Part shown: positions 8,192 to 16,585 of the stretch, in pieces
Layout: each line of letters opens with the position of its first letter
How positions within the stretch are numbered: position 1 is the first letter of the stretch
Virus record (IMG/VR): IMGVR_UViG_3300027323_000064
Location: 1-39,127 of that record
DNA length: 39,127 bases
Source: a virus
Taxonomy: Duplodnaviria; Caudoviricetes
Strand: one strand, 5' to 3'
Program-made: the position numbers and the translations under genes
Notes under the pieces: generated by a model
What the model was told of the DNA's origin: nothing
What the model saw: only the letters and a program-made list of their open reading frames with translations
The model's database searches: none

Positions 8192-9838
8192 TCATCCCCT
8201 TGCAAGAGTCTGTCTGTACAATACCCGCCTCTGGATTTCCTCCTGATGCCTTGCTATCTCGATGCCGAGGCGCTTAACTCTGTCAAGACTGTCAAGCCTG
8301 ACATTGTCGAGATTCACAACGACATTTGCTTTGACTCCCCCCATGTTTATGCTTGATGACGATGGTATAATTCTTGGGATACTTGAGGTAATAGTTTTAG
8401 CTGTTGTGATGCCCAACCCAACCGGAGTAAAAGCAAAAAGCTTTTGCAACATCTCTATTGCCCATTTTATCCTGCCAACGAGCCAGTCAATACCTCCTCT
8501 TATTGCATTAATTACTGCTAGTGTTTTGTCTCTGATATTAAACCAATTATGGACCCATGCATGTTGCAACAATAGAACACTTCCAACTATTCCCATTATA
8601 GCCAATGTTATTGGATTTGTTAACATTGTGATAGCAAGTCCCCTGAAGGCTATTGCTGCTCTACCTATTGCTGGAATAACTCGAGCTGTTAAAACAGTTG
8701 CAAAACGTGATTGAGCTATCGTATTCCAGACTGTTAAATCCCTCACCCATTTCAATGCTGAGGCTAGCTTAACAGCAGCATAACCTCCAATACCAACCAT
8801 AGCTGTACCCAGCAACCCATAAGCAACAGCAGCTCCTAGAATTGGTCTATCGTCAAGCCACTTAACTAGCTTACTGAAAGCTGTTGCAACTTTGGCTATT
8901 GGAGGTAACAAGTAAGAACCTATTGTAACCGCAGCATCATCCAGTGCATTTCTGGCCTGTCTGAGCTTGACAATATTCTCGCCCATGATCTCGTTTTCCT
9001 TACCAACTATGTCAACATACTGGTTCTGAATTGCAAGCATGATAACTCGCTGCTTCTGCTCTGCTGTAAGCTGAGATAATCGTTTACCATAGAGTTTCAT
9101 TGATTCCTCCATTACAGCATTCTCCCTTAATTGTAAACCCATCCTCTCAGCAAGCTCAGCCTCTCCGTATTTCATAGCCCTTACCATTGCCATGAGTGCA
9201 GTTGTCAGGTCTTCCCCATATATTGCAGCTCCAGATTGAACATACGGAAGTAATTGTTCAAGTTCCTCTCTTGTTATCCTGTTAGCTTTAGCATAGGCAA
9301 GCATGTTTGCAATGTCTGATTTGGAGAATAATCCGGTTCTGCCGAATCTATTCATTACATTCAGGAAATACTCGTATTCCTCTCGATTATCTCTTGTCAA
9401 TGCTCTAATTTTTGCCATAGCAGACTCGTATTTTTCTAACCTCCACATCACTCCCCCAATTGCAGCAGAAGCAGCCAAACCAACATTTCTTAGATCTTCA
9501 GCGTGTGACTTAAGGAAAGCTCCAGCTCTCTGCATTGATCTTCTAACTGCATGAGAGTATTCCTCTACTTTCCACTTCAGCTTAACATAAGTGTCTGCAA
9601 GTCTCCTTAACTGAGCATTCTGGATTGATGCGACTCTTGTAACGTCTTTCTGTATCTTATCAGCTCTGTCCATCATTGTAGCAAATGCAGCCATTGCCTG
9701 CTCTGTGTTCTGTGTTGATTTGCTTACTAGGTCCATTCTGCTCTTTGTTTGATCTGCCATTCTCTCTGCTCTTTTTAATGAGGCAGAGAGTTTGTCATTA
9801 AGGTTGAGAGTTATAAAGAGGCTACGGATATTTGTCAT
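8192..9838 (-). CDS. Tail tape measure protein
   Basis: Long helical Ala-rich protein, IRSLFITL N-terminus, hydrophobic segments and Trp-spaced C-region; between chaperone and baseplate. Confidence 0.88.
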   Translation of the reverse strand: MTNIRSLFITLNLNDKLSASLKRAERMADQTKSRMDLVSKSTQNTEQAMAAFATMMDRADKIQKDVTRVASIQNAQLRRLADTYVKLKWKVEEYSHAVRRSMQRAGAFLKSHAEDLRNVGLAASAAIGGVMWRLEKYESAMAKIRALTRDNREEYEYFLNVMNRFGRTGLFSKSDIANMLAYAKANRITREELEQLLPYVQSGAAIYGEDLTTALMAMVRAMKYGEAELAERMGLQLRENAVMEESMKLYGKRLSQLTAEQKQRVIMLAIQNQYVDIVGKENEIMGENIVKLRQARNALDDAAVTIGSYLLPPIAKVATAFSKLVKWLDDRPILGAAVAYGLLGTAMVGIGGYAAVKLASALKWVRDLTVWNTIAQSRFATVLTARVIPAIGRAAIAFRGLAITMLTNPITLAIMGIVGSVLLLQHAWVHNWFNIRDKTLAVINAIRGGIDWLVGRIKWAIEMLQKLFAFTPVGLGITTAKTITSSIPRIIPSSSSINMGGVKANVVVNLDNVRLDSLDRVKRLGIEIARHQEEIQRRVLYRQTLARG

Positions 9839-9858
9839 AGCAATATTTTTATTTTGAA

Positions 9859-9877
9859 GATATAAAAAGCAAAGTCA
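9859..9877 (-). promoter_or_regulatory. Late promoter motif (TGACTTTGC TTTTTATA)
   Basis: 39 nt before ATG 9838. Confidence 0.8.
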
Positions 9878-10314
9878 TGAGAAAGTTTGCAGGTTTGCTA
9901 ATTCTAATTTTCATAGTTGCAGGGTTTGTAGCAGGGTGTTCTGAAAATAAATCTGCCACTTATAATTATCTTTCGCAGTATGGAGAGGTTAAAATAGATC
10001 AAATTTCGGAAAGTAACGTTGATATTCGTCTCGTTGTTAATGATTTATATCTTCAAGGGTTCTCACCACCAGATGTGTGTGTGGATGTATTTGTCCAGTT
10101 GCATCAAGACTTTCCAAAAGCAAATAATTTCAAGTGTGAAATCTATCAAGATCCCCAAAACCATGTTATTGCATACTATGATGCCAAAGACCAATATTTA
10201 TCGTTCAATTTTAAGTATTTTGGAGGTTATTCTCGAGACACTTACAAAGCAACTTGGAAGGATCTTGAAAAAGTATCTAAAAATGAAATCTTGCTTGGAG
10301 ATCTTCCACAGTAG
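9877..10314 (+). CDS. Predicted lipoprotein (accessory gene)
   Basis: MRK + hydrophobic stretch + VAGC lipobox; opposite strand to tail genes. Confidence 0.8.
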   Translation: MRKFAGLLILIFIVAGFVAGCSENKSATYNYLSQYGEVKIDQISESNVDIRLVVNDLYLQGFSPPDVCVDVFVQLHQDFPKANNFKCEIYQDPQNHVIAYYDAKDQYLSFNFKYFGGYSRDTYKATWKDLEKVSKNEILLGDLPQ

Positions 10315-10318
10315 CTAC

Positions 10319-10588
10319 CTATAGCATCTCAACGTAATCTCCACGTCTTACCATCTTAATTTTATTCCCAACTCTTTGGAAAGTTGTTGTCCACTTCTCT
10401 GATCCACTTGGAATTGAAATATCTGGATCATGAACTTTGGGTATCATCTCATTCTTTAGCTCAAAGTACTCAATGTAAGCCCTGATTTTCCTCATTGGCC
10501 ATTTACGAATAATGTCAATGTCAATTTTAAGCGTCTCTGATAAGAAATACAGGAAGAACTCCTGTTCTACTGACTTACGGATTTTTTT
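10319..10588 (-). CDS. -1 frameshift extension of tail assembly chaperone (gpGT-like)
   Basis: A7 run 10582-10588 (GTA AAA AAA TCC); -1 frame open to TAG at 10319: IRKSVEQEFFLYFLSETLKIDIDIIRKWPMRKIRAYIEYF... Confidence 0.8.
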   Translation of the reverse strand, partial: KKIRKSVEQEFFLYFLSETLKIDIDIIRKWPMRKIRAYIEYFELKNEMIPKVHDPDISIPSGSEKWTTTFQRVGNKIKMVRRGDYVEML

Positions 10589-10881
10589 ACTTCTTCCTCG
10601 CTAAGTCCGCAGATTTCTTCTATTTTTTGGACCAGAAGAGCCTTAACACCACTGAGCTTTTGTGGATTTTCAGCGATAATTTTGGGCTCTATTACAGCTT
10701 TTGAAATTAACGAGTTTGCGTATTTTTTAGCATCGAGCTTTCCTTCAGCAGTTCTTGAATCATGGACTATCCCTATATATTCGTCTCCTGTAAGCTCTCT
10801 GATTTTAAGTTTCTTGCCCATTATTTCAACTTCGACAGGTTTCTCAGAAACAAACCATTCTTGTGGTACATTTTTTGCCAT
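10567..10881 (-). CDS. Tail assembly chaperone (gpG-like)
   Basis: KIRELTG.E, AVIEP, ICGL..EEVKK motifs; between tube and tape measure. Confidence 0.82.
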   Translation of the reverse strand: MAKNVPQEWFVSEKPVEVEIMGKKLKIRELTGDEYIGIVHDSRTAEGKLDAKKYANSLISKAVIEPKIIAENPQKLSGVKALLVQKIEEICGLSEEEVKKSVSQ

Positions 10882-10885
10882 GCTA

Positions 10886-11254
10886 TCACCTATAATAATT
10901 CAACTCTTTTTCAAGCTCTTCCAATTTCTTTCTCAATGTTCTTTCCTCTTCTTCAGTTATTCTCTTCTCTTCTAGCAGTTCTTCGAGTAATCCACGCATT
11001 GCGTCTACCTTAGCTTCAAGAATTGCAATTCTTCTTGTGGCACTCATGTTTGGAAGCTCTGAGATTTTTATCTCTGGCAGCTTTGGGAGTTGTCTCCGGA
11101 GCAGATAATTCATAACCCGGACCGGTAGTGTAACCTGATTCACGTATTCTTGAAGAGCTCTGAACGGAGCCATTGTCTGATTCAGTAATCTTACAGCTTC
11201 CATCACACTTATTTCTCTATCTTTCATCTCATTTGCCCCCACATCCTTCAGCAT
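10886..11254 (-). CDS. Hypothetical coiled-coil protein
   Basis: ORF track; overlaps upstream RHH gene; start may be Met at 11227. Confidence 0.65.
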   Translation of the reverse strand: MLKDVGANEMKDREISVMEAVRLLNQTMAPFRALQEYVNQVTLPVRVMNYLLRRQLPKLPEIKISELPNMSATRRIAILEAKVDAMRGLLEELLEEKRITEEEERTLRKKLEELEKELNYYR

Positions 11255-11387
11255 CCATATACCTCTCCAGAGCCCTCTTCACTTCATCGCTCAAAGCTTT
11301 CATAAGTTTTCCATGTCTCTTTAACACGAATTCCTTGAATCTTTGACCAGTCTCTTTCTCTACTCTCAATATTTCCATTTCTGCCAT
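11229..11387 (-). CDS. 52-aa ribbon-helix-helix protein (MAEMEILRVEKETGQRFKEFVLKRHGKLMKALSDEVKRALERYM...)
   Basis: Hand-translated; ATG 40 nt after late-promoter motif; RHH pattern. Confidence 0.75.
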   Translation of the reverse strand: MAEMEILRVEKETGQRFKEFVLKRHGKLMKALSDEVKRALERYMDAEGCGGK

Positions 11388-11408
11388 ATTTGGGTATCGA
11401 GACGTCTT

Positions 11409-11451
11409 AATATTTAAAGCAAAGTCAAGAAGAGTATAAAAAGAGAAGTCA
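11409..11451 (-). promoter_or_regulatory. Two tandem late promoter motifs (TGAC at 11451 and 11427)
   Basis: TGACTTCTC TTTTTATA and TGACTTTGC TTTAAATA, 24 nt apart. Confidence 0.7.
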
Positions 11452-11458
11452 GATACGT

Positions 11459-12061
11459 CTAGAAGATAAAATGCAAAATTAACCCTGCTAAGAGCCCAGA
11501 GAATAAACCAACTATAAACTCTCTAGCTGTAACAAATGTTTTAGCCCTCCACATAAAAGATTCAAATTCTTCAAGCTTATTGTGATCTATATTACCCAAC
11601 AATTCTTTACCTATTTCAATAGCTTCTTTATAACGTTCAAGCGAAGCAAGTGGGTTTATTCCAACATTCTCCATTTCTATTCTTCGTGCTTCTTGTGCTG
11701 CACTTTTGAATTTTGTATATTTAGCTAAGAACTCCCCCTCAGTCATATTAACACCAAACTTTCTTTTGTACTTATCCTTACCAATTTTATCTAGGTCTTC
11801 TTTCATCAGTGTCCAAATCATCTTATAACAGTCAAGGCAGGACCTAATAAGGTGATTGCGTGCTTTAGCGAGATTATCTTCCCTAGCAGCCTCATCGATC
11901 TCATCATTAAAATACTGCATTATATGGGTAAATGTATTCTCAATTTCAAGCAAAATTTCTTGTGGTTTATCTGATAAATATCCCACCAAATCAGAATAGG
12001 CAGGGAGGAATTCCTCCCTAAACAACTTTAAATAATCATCAAAGTTGTTATTCGTTTTCAT
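11459..12061 (-). CDS. Hypothetical helical protein with C-terminal membrane anchor (accessory)
   Basis: AT-rich ORF; E....F.H and A..HL.R..LDCYK segments; hydrophobic C-terminus. Confidence 0.75.
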   Translation of the reverse strand: MKTNNNFDDYLKLFREEFLPAYSDLVGYLSDKPQEILLEIENTFTHIMQYFNDEIDEAAREDNLAKARNHLIRSCLDCYKMIWTLMKEDLDKIGKDKYKRKFGVNMTEGEFLAKYTKFKSAAQEARRIEMENVGINPLASLERYKEAIEIGKELLGNIDHNKLEEFESFMWRAKTFVTAREFIVGLFSGLLAGLILHFIF

Positions 12062-12082
12062 TCAAATACCAATCTCTGTTTA

Positions 12083-12325
12083 TTATCGAATCTTTTGTTT
12101 ATATCGTATTGCTTTTTTGAATCTCTTATTTATACCATATTTTCTTATTTTAAATATATTACCTCTCCCACTACTTACAACTCTGCTTCCAACTTTCACT
12201 ACTTTTAATTTCCTACCAATCTTATTCTCAACTACTTTGTCAATTTCTTTTGTGCTATGAAAATTTCTAATATCTACACCATATTTCTCTTCAAATAAGA
12301 CAGTCTTTCGCCCTGCCATCGTCAC
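12083..12325 (-). CDS. Small basic protein (accessory)
   Basis: GGAGGTGA RBS before ATG 12319; Lys/Arg-rich. Confidence 0.7.
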   Translation of the reverse strand: MTMAGRKTVLFEEKYGVDIRNFHSTKEIDKVVENKIGRKLKVVKVGSRVVSSGRGNIFKIRKYGINKRFKKAIRYKQKIR

Positions 12326-12615
12326 CTCCCACCTGGCCGGCGTTACACCTCCACCCCATTATAAAACCAGACTATATTTAAAGTTTTTGACATTATTATT
12401 ATATTAATTTTAAATTCTACACATTGCATATTTTATCTTGTTCTATGAGGGATATAAAAATTTCTTTACAATTTTGTATTACATAATTCGGAATTTTGGA
12501 ATATTGTATTACAAAATTGATTTTAATATGACATATCGATATGACATATTTATTTTCATCATCACACTGGGTTCGATTTAAGGGCTAAATAAAATAGAAT
12601 CACATATAAATTAAA

Positions 12616-13005
12616 TTAACTCCACTTCCTCTCCACTCTCAACGCCAAGCCCTCAATCGTAACCTCCGGAGCTTCATCGCTTATTTCTGCAGGTTTGATG
12701 CTCTTAATTATTGCATCATAGCAGTTAATTGTCAAGTTTGGCGTGGCAACTGTTACAGTTATGATCTCTTCGTCGTTGTACGTCTCTTCGAGCTGATTTA
12801 ACGCATCAGATGTTATCCTGCACTTGAGAGACCATGTGGGCTTCTCTGCTTTAATGTTGTAGCCTGCTACTCCATCAAACGCTTCAATATGTGATATCTC
12901 TTTTCCAGGATCTGCTTCGAATCCTAAGAACTCAGTGATCTCAACCCCTCCAACATGCACGGAAATCTCTTCAGCCTTCCATTTTTTAACTGCCATCACA
13001 ACCAC
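12616..13005 (-). CDS. Tail tube protein
   Basis: About 126 aa beta-rich protein directly after sheath; probable start MAVKKW after GAGGTGG. Confidence 0.8.
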   Translation of the reverse strand: MVVMAVKKWKAEEISVHVGGVEITEFLGFEADPGKEISHIEAFDGVAGYNIKAEKPTWSLKCRITSDALNQLEETYNDEEIITVTVATPNLTINCYDAIIKSIKPAEISDEAPEVTIEGLALRVERKWS

Positions 13006-13006
13006 C

Positions 13007-14047
13007 TCACACCTGTATTGTCAAATTCAAGCTGAACTCATGAATATCTCCTGCAAGCGTCGCTGTAACCTGTACTCCAGTAAGTTTGCGGTTCTGCCTG
13101 TCTGCTTCAGGAATTGAGTCAAGTGAAGGCATTACAATGTCATAGCTGCTTAAGGCTCCATCCCTAACCATTGACTCGAGAGCTGATGCAATAGCCCCTC
13201 TAACATATTCAAGCCCTGCATCACTCCAGGGAATTTTTGCCATCCTGAGTCTTAGATTTGCAATTGAATCCTGTATGGCAGTAACAGTGTAGTACTTCGT
13301 CCTCGTAATATCAATGAACTTAGGATCTCCCCCGGTTGTCAGACCGTTTGATATTCTGTTTGCTCCTGCTAAATTCAAAATGACATTTGCTTTACCACTT
13401 TCCAGAGTTGGCACATCTCCAGGGGCAAAATACTCGTCCACGTCGGTATTTATAGCCCGCCAAAATGCTGTCTCCCATGGCTTAAGTGCCATGAGAACTC
13501 CAAGAGCTGCTGCAGCTACGTCTTCCGTTGTATCAGAATCGTTGTGAGCTAAGAAGAACCCATTTGAAGAAGATAAGTTTCCTACAGCTGTAGTAATTGT
13601 ACTCACTGAGTCTCCATTAGCGTTGGTAGCAGTAAAGATTACGTTATTTGAGTCAGCAAATGACTTAAGCTCTGCAAGAAGAGTTGTATCTGTAATTCCT
13701 GCACAACAGACACCATGAATCTCCTTATTTTCAGCATACGAGGCTAATGTATTCAAAGCTGTCTGAACCTCCGTAGCTGTTGGACTTCCAGGAACTGCCG
13801 CATCAATAGCAACTGCATAGAGCCTTCTTATCCCCTGTGCGAAAATTGCCTGAGCTGCTTTGTAAACGTTAGAGGTTTCACCGTGATCTGTTTTGACAGC
13901 ATCAAGACTCGCATACAGTTTGGGAGAGTTCTTTGAAGTGTAATCAGATTCTCCAACAACTGCTGGAGTGCCCCATTCTATTGCCGCTCTGGTTACTTCC
14001 TCAGTTACAACATTTATTGTTATTGCATCTCCTATATCTGGACACAT
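13007..14047 (-). CDS. Contractile tail sheath protein
   Basis: FIDITR, KIPW.DAG, DR.NR.L, ATLAG.IH C-terminal motifs; start moved to 14047 by promoter spacing. Confidence 0.9.
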   Translation of the reverse strand: MCPDIGDAITINVVTEEVTRAAIEWGTPAVVGESDYTSKNSPKLYASLDAVKTDHGETSNVYKAAQAIFAQGIRRLYAVAIDAAVPGSPTATEVQTALNTLASYAENKEIHGVCCAGITDTTLLAELKSFADSNNVIFTATNANGDSVSTITTAVGNLSSSNGFFLAHNDSDTTEDVAAAALGVLMALKPWETAFWRAINTDVDEYFAPGDVPTLESGKANVILNLAGANRISNGLTTGGDPKFIDITRTKYYTVTAIQDSIANLRLRMAKIPWSDAGLEYVRGAIASALESMVRDGALSSYDIVMPSLDSIPEADRQNRKLTGVQVTATLAGDIHEFSLNLTIQV

Positions 14048-14067
14048 GATTAAAGCTCGCTGAGGAA

Positions 14068-14086
14068 AGTATTTAAACAAAAGTCA
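14068..14086 (-). promoter_or_regulatory. Late promoter motif (TGACTTTTG TTTAAATA)
   Basis: 39 nt before ATG 14047. Confidence 0.8.
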
Positions 14087-14156
14087 AGTTATTCTTTTCC
14101 TTCAATAGGCTCTAACAAAATTATTTTGGCTTTCTTATAAGATAAACCGTCACGGG

Positions 14157-14175
14157 AATATAAAAAGAAAAGTCA
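14157..14175 (-). promoter_or_regulatory. Late promoter motif with no ATG at the usual distance
   Basis: TGACTTTTC TTTTTATA, perfect match to consensus. Confidence 0.65.
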
Positions 14176-14182
14176 GAAAACG

Positions 14183-14234
14183 GCGTGCTTCCCCTATCAC
14201 CTACCCAACCCTCAGCACGCTCCGATGCATCGGA
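14183..14234 (-). other. Two stem-loops in tRNA trailer
   Basis: Perfect palindrome TCCGATGCATCGGA 14221-34; GCGTGCT/AGCACGC stem 14183-14220. Confidence 0.55.
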
Positions 14235-14308
14235 AGCCGGTGCCCGGATTTGAACCGGGGATCTGAAGGTTACAAACCTCCCGCATTAAGCCACTATGCT
14301 ACACCGGC
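14235..14308 (-). tRNA. tRNA-Thr(UGU), intronless, no encoded CCA
   Basis: GCCGGTG/CACCGGC acceptor, GCAT/ATGC D-stem, GGAGG-TTTGTAA-CCTTC anticodon arm, CCCGG-TTCAAAT-CCGGG T arm, U discriminator. Confidence 0.95.
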
Positions 14309-14553
14309 TTAATATCAGGTGCGAGCTCCTCAACTCTTTCCAACAGTGGTTTTATTATATCTACTAACTGGAAGAATTCATCTTCAGTCAGAGTCATCTG
14401 CTCGATTGAATAACCACCTTGCAGCTGATAACGTGTTTTGATGATGATCACAGCTTCAGGATTCTTATCATCTCGTATAATGGTGATATCTACATCTTTA
14501 TTTTCATGAATTCTTATCTGGCTGTGGTATTCAAATCTCCAACCCTCCATCAC
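14299..14553 (-). CDS. Hypothetical protein whose last codons overlap the tRNA
   Basis: ORF track; coupled to tail terminator stop. Confidence 0.65.
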   Translation of the reverse strand: MMEGWRFEYHSQIRIHENKDVDITIIRDDKNPEAVIIIKTRYQLQGGYSIEQMTLTEDEFFQLVDIIKPLLERVEELAPDIKPV

Positions 14554-15086
14554 TGCACCTCTGTTGTGTAATCAACTTCCTCTATGGTTGTCACGGTCTT
14601 CTGGTACTCTACAACGTATCTCAGGAGGATGTCAAACTGCCTTCTCACTGATTTCTCTGCGAGATATGTTAAATCGTTGATTTCAGATCTGCCAACGACC
14701 TCGATGCTATCAATTGCTGGGAGATCTCTGAGGTACCACACGAGCAACTGGTCCACATAGGCATCAATGATATCTGCAGCTGGAGTATTGATATCATTTT
14801 GAGCATGCACATTGATTGAAAGTGTTATCTGTGCTCTCTCTCCCTTGGTGTACTGGATGTCCGGGTCTACTATCTCCTTCTTGAAGAGCTGGTTTACTGG
14901 AGAATGACGCTCATCTCTTCTATCAGCAAAATAGCGAAGTGTTACAACAATTGGACTATCTTCTAACTTATCAGAAACGTTAATGCGGTCTGCATAATCA
15001 ATCCATGCTTGATATTGAGTTGAATCAATTACAACAGACTTGGGAAGACTTTGGAAGATTTGATTTTTAAGATCAGAAGGGAGCAT
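14550..15086 (-). CDS. Tail terminator/neck protein (SPP1 gp17-like)
   Basis: Position before sheath; INDLT.L....RRQFDI.LRY motif. Confidence 0.72.
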   Translation of the reverse strand: MLPSDLKNQIFQSLPKSVVIDSTQYQAWIDYADRINVSDKLEDSPIVVTLRYFADRRDERHSPVNQLFKKEIVDPDIQYTKGERAQITLSINVHAQNDINTPAADIIDAYVDQLLVWYLRDLPAIDSIEVVGRSEINDLTYLAEKSVRRQFDILLRYVVEYQKTVTTIEEVDYTTEVQ

Positions 15087-15089
15087 TCA

Positions 15090-15284
15090 TCACCTCCAGA
15101 GTGCTGAAACTATAAATGCAATTACAGCCGCAGCACCCAGCACATAAGCTTTCCATCGTTCTAGTCTCTCGATGCGTTCCTCGTGATTGTCCAAACGTTT
15201 GCAGTGAATGTCAAGCTTGTCAAGGATCATCTTTGTTCTTTCATCAATCCTGCCGAGCATTTCACTGGTCTCTGTATCCTGCAT
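15090..15284 (-). CDS. Small coiled-coil plus TM protein (XhlA/holin-like)
   Basis: LGRIDERT..I..RLDNHEERI.RLERWK then one TM helix. Confidence 0.7.
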   Translation of the reverse strand: MQDTETSEMLGRIDERTKMILDKLDIHCKRLDNHEERIERLERWKAYVLGAAAVIAFIVSALWR

Positions 15285-15302
15285 AATGGTAATCTTTCAA
15301 AG

Positions 15303-15321
15303 CTTTTAAATAGCTAAATCA
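15303..15321 (-). promoter_or_regulatory. Degenerate late promoter (TGATTTAGC TATTTAAA)
   Basis: 37 nt before ATG 15284; one mismatch in TGAC. Confidence 0.4.
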
Positions 15322-15763
15322 GATATCGCTCAAGCTCTTTGTTTATTTCTTCAATAATAAGCTGTTCAACTTTCTCTTTCTCAAGGTCAAAAATCAGTCT
15401 GAAGAGAGGGCGTTCAGGTATATGCTCCGTACCAAATTCAAGGAAGTGTGCAACAAGGCCTCTCTCGTGGTTGAAAATTCCTACTTTAACAACCTTGGGG
15501 ATTCTACCCTCGACAGTATAAGTTATTAGCTGGAATAAAGAGCCAGTATGTACCCATATCTTATCAGGATTCATGTAGCTTTTAGTTTTCATCTTTCTTC
15601 GAATTGTTGCTGGTTTCAGTGGCTTCCATCCCGACCATTGTTTTCTAATCATTTCAGTAAGCTTGGCCTGTAAATGGCTTCCAACCTTCTTAGCTACTCT
15701 TTCCAGAATAGCATCAAGATCATTCAACAGTTTGGGAATATTATTAATGTCTTTGACTGTCAT
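15314..15763 (-). CDS. Tail completion/neck protein (HK97 gp10/Mu gpG-like)
   Basis: WKPLKPATI.RK, TGSL, A.FLEFGT.HIPERP.FR motifs. Confidence 0.85.
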   Translation of the reverse strand: MTVKDINNIPKLLNDLDAILERVAKKVGSHLQAKLTEMIRKQWSGWKPLKPATIRRKMKTKSYMNPDKIWVHTGSLFQLITYTVEGRIPKVVKVGIFNHERGLVAHFLEFGTEHIPERPLFRLIFDLEKEKVEQLIIEEINKELERYLI

Positions 15764-15787
15764 TTACATCTTCTTACACAACTAACA

Positions 15788-16351
15788 TTAGATTAGCTTC
15801 CTCATCAAGTACCAGTAATAGACAAGTTCCCATAAGCTGTCATGGTCTCTTGCGTATTCTCTGTACTGAGCCTTCCATAATTTTGGTAGCCAGTAAATAA
15901 AATCAGGATTTCTCATCATATCGTCTGCTAACAGCTTTTCTGTGTGCAGCAGCTCATGCCATATCCTTAACCCTAATATCAAAGTGTTTTCCCAGCCGAA
16001 AACAGCAACACCCACACGACTGTCCCAGCAACCACCAGCTTTCTTAACTTTTCTAACAGCTCCATCAATGATTGTCATTTCATTACTTTGTTTCGGAAAT
16101 GGAAAGTTCTCCCAGCCCTCAAATCTCAATTCTTCAAATTTTGATTCATTCCATTCCTCTATTGAAAATCTCCAGTACGATGGCACAAGCTTAAGTGCTC
16201 TCAGGATTTTATCTCTGTCGAGTGTTGGCTCAATGTAAACTTTGATTCTCTTGCCGATTTCGTTGTCGTTATCGTTGTCTTTCCTGCCCACGTTTTCTTT
16301 CTCTTTATCGCAATCGCAAAGTAACCGCTTTAGAAAATTAAGCAGTCTCAT
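15788..16351 (-). CDS. Putative zinc metalloprotease (zincin)
   Basis: AGG strand motif then RIWHELLH (HEXXH). Confidence 0.6.
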   Translation of the reverse strand: MRLLNFLKRLLCDCDKEKENVGRKDNDNDNEIGKRIKVYIEPTLDRDKILRALKLVPSYWRFSIEEWNESKFEELRFEGWENFPFPKQSNEMTIIDGAVRKVKKAGGCWDSRVGVAVFGWENTLILGLRIWHELLHTEKLLADDMMRNPDFIYWLPKLWKAQYREYARDHDSLWELVYYWYLMRKLI

Positions 16352-16565
16352 TTTTCAAAGCATCAATTATGTCCTTGCCTTCCTTGATTATCTCCCGAAC
16401 TTCCTCCTTCGTAATCTCGTCATCTTCTACAGCATTGCTTATCGCTGTCAGAAGCTCAGCACTTTCCTTGAGCAATCTCTTTGCTTTCCTCCACTTTGCA
16501 GCAAATCCTGCTGCAGTGAGCAAAGATATTCCCAAACCAGCTGCATAAACTATTATATCCTCCAT
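16338..16565 (-). CDS. Holin-like membrane protein
   Basis: N-terminal TM helix, basic patch, A.EDD.IT.EE tail; start moved to 16565 by promoter spacing. Confidence 0.6.
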   Translation of the reverse strand: MEDIIVYAAGLGISLLTAAGFAAKWRKAKRLLKESAELLTAISNAVEDDEITKEEVREIIKEGKDIIDALKNETA

Positions 16566-16585
16566 GAACAAATATTTTGAAAGTT

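Noticed and set aside
14048-14080. ORF-track upstream starts at 14080, 16571, 20709, 24421
   Set aside because: TTG starts inside or too near the promoter; ATGs at the fixed 39-nt spacing are preferred
14235-14308. tRNA as provirus attachment junction
   Set aside because: Viral structural genes continue on both sides, no partial tRNA duplicate or integrase seen
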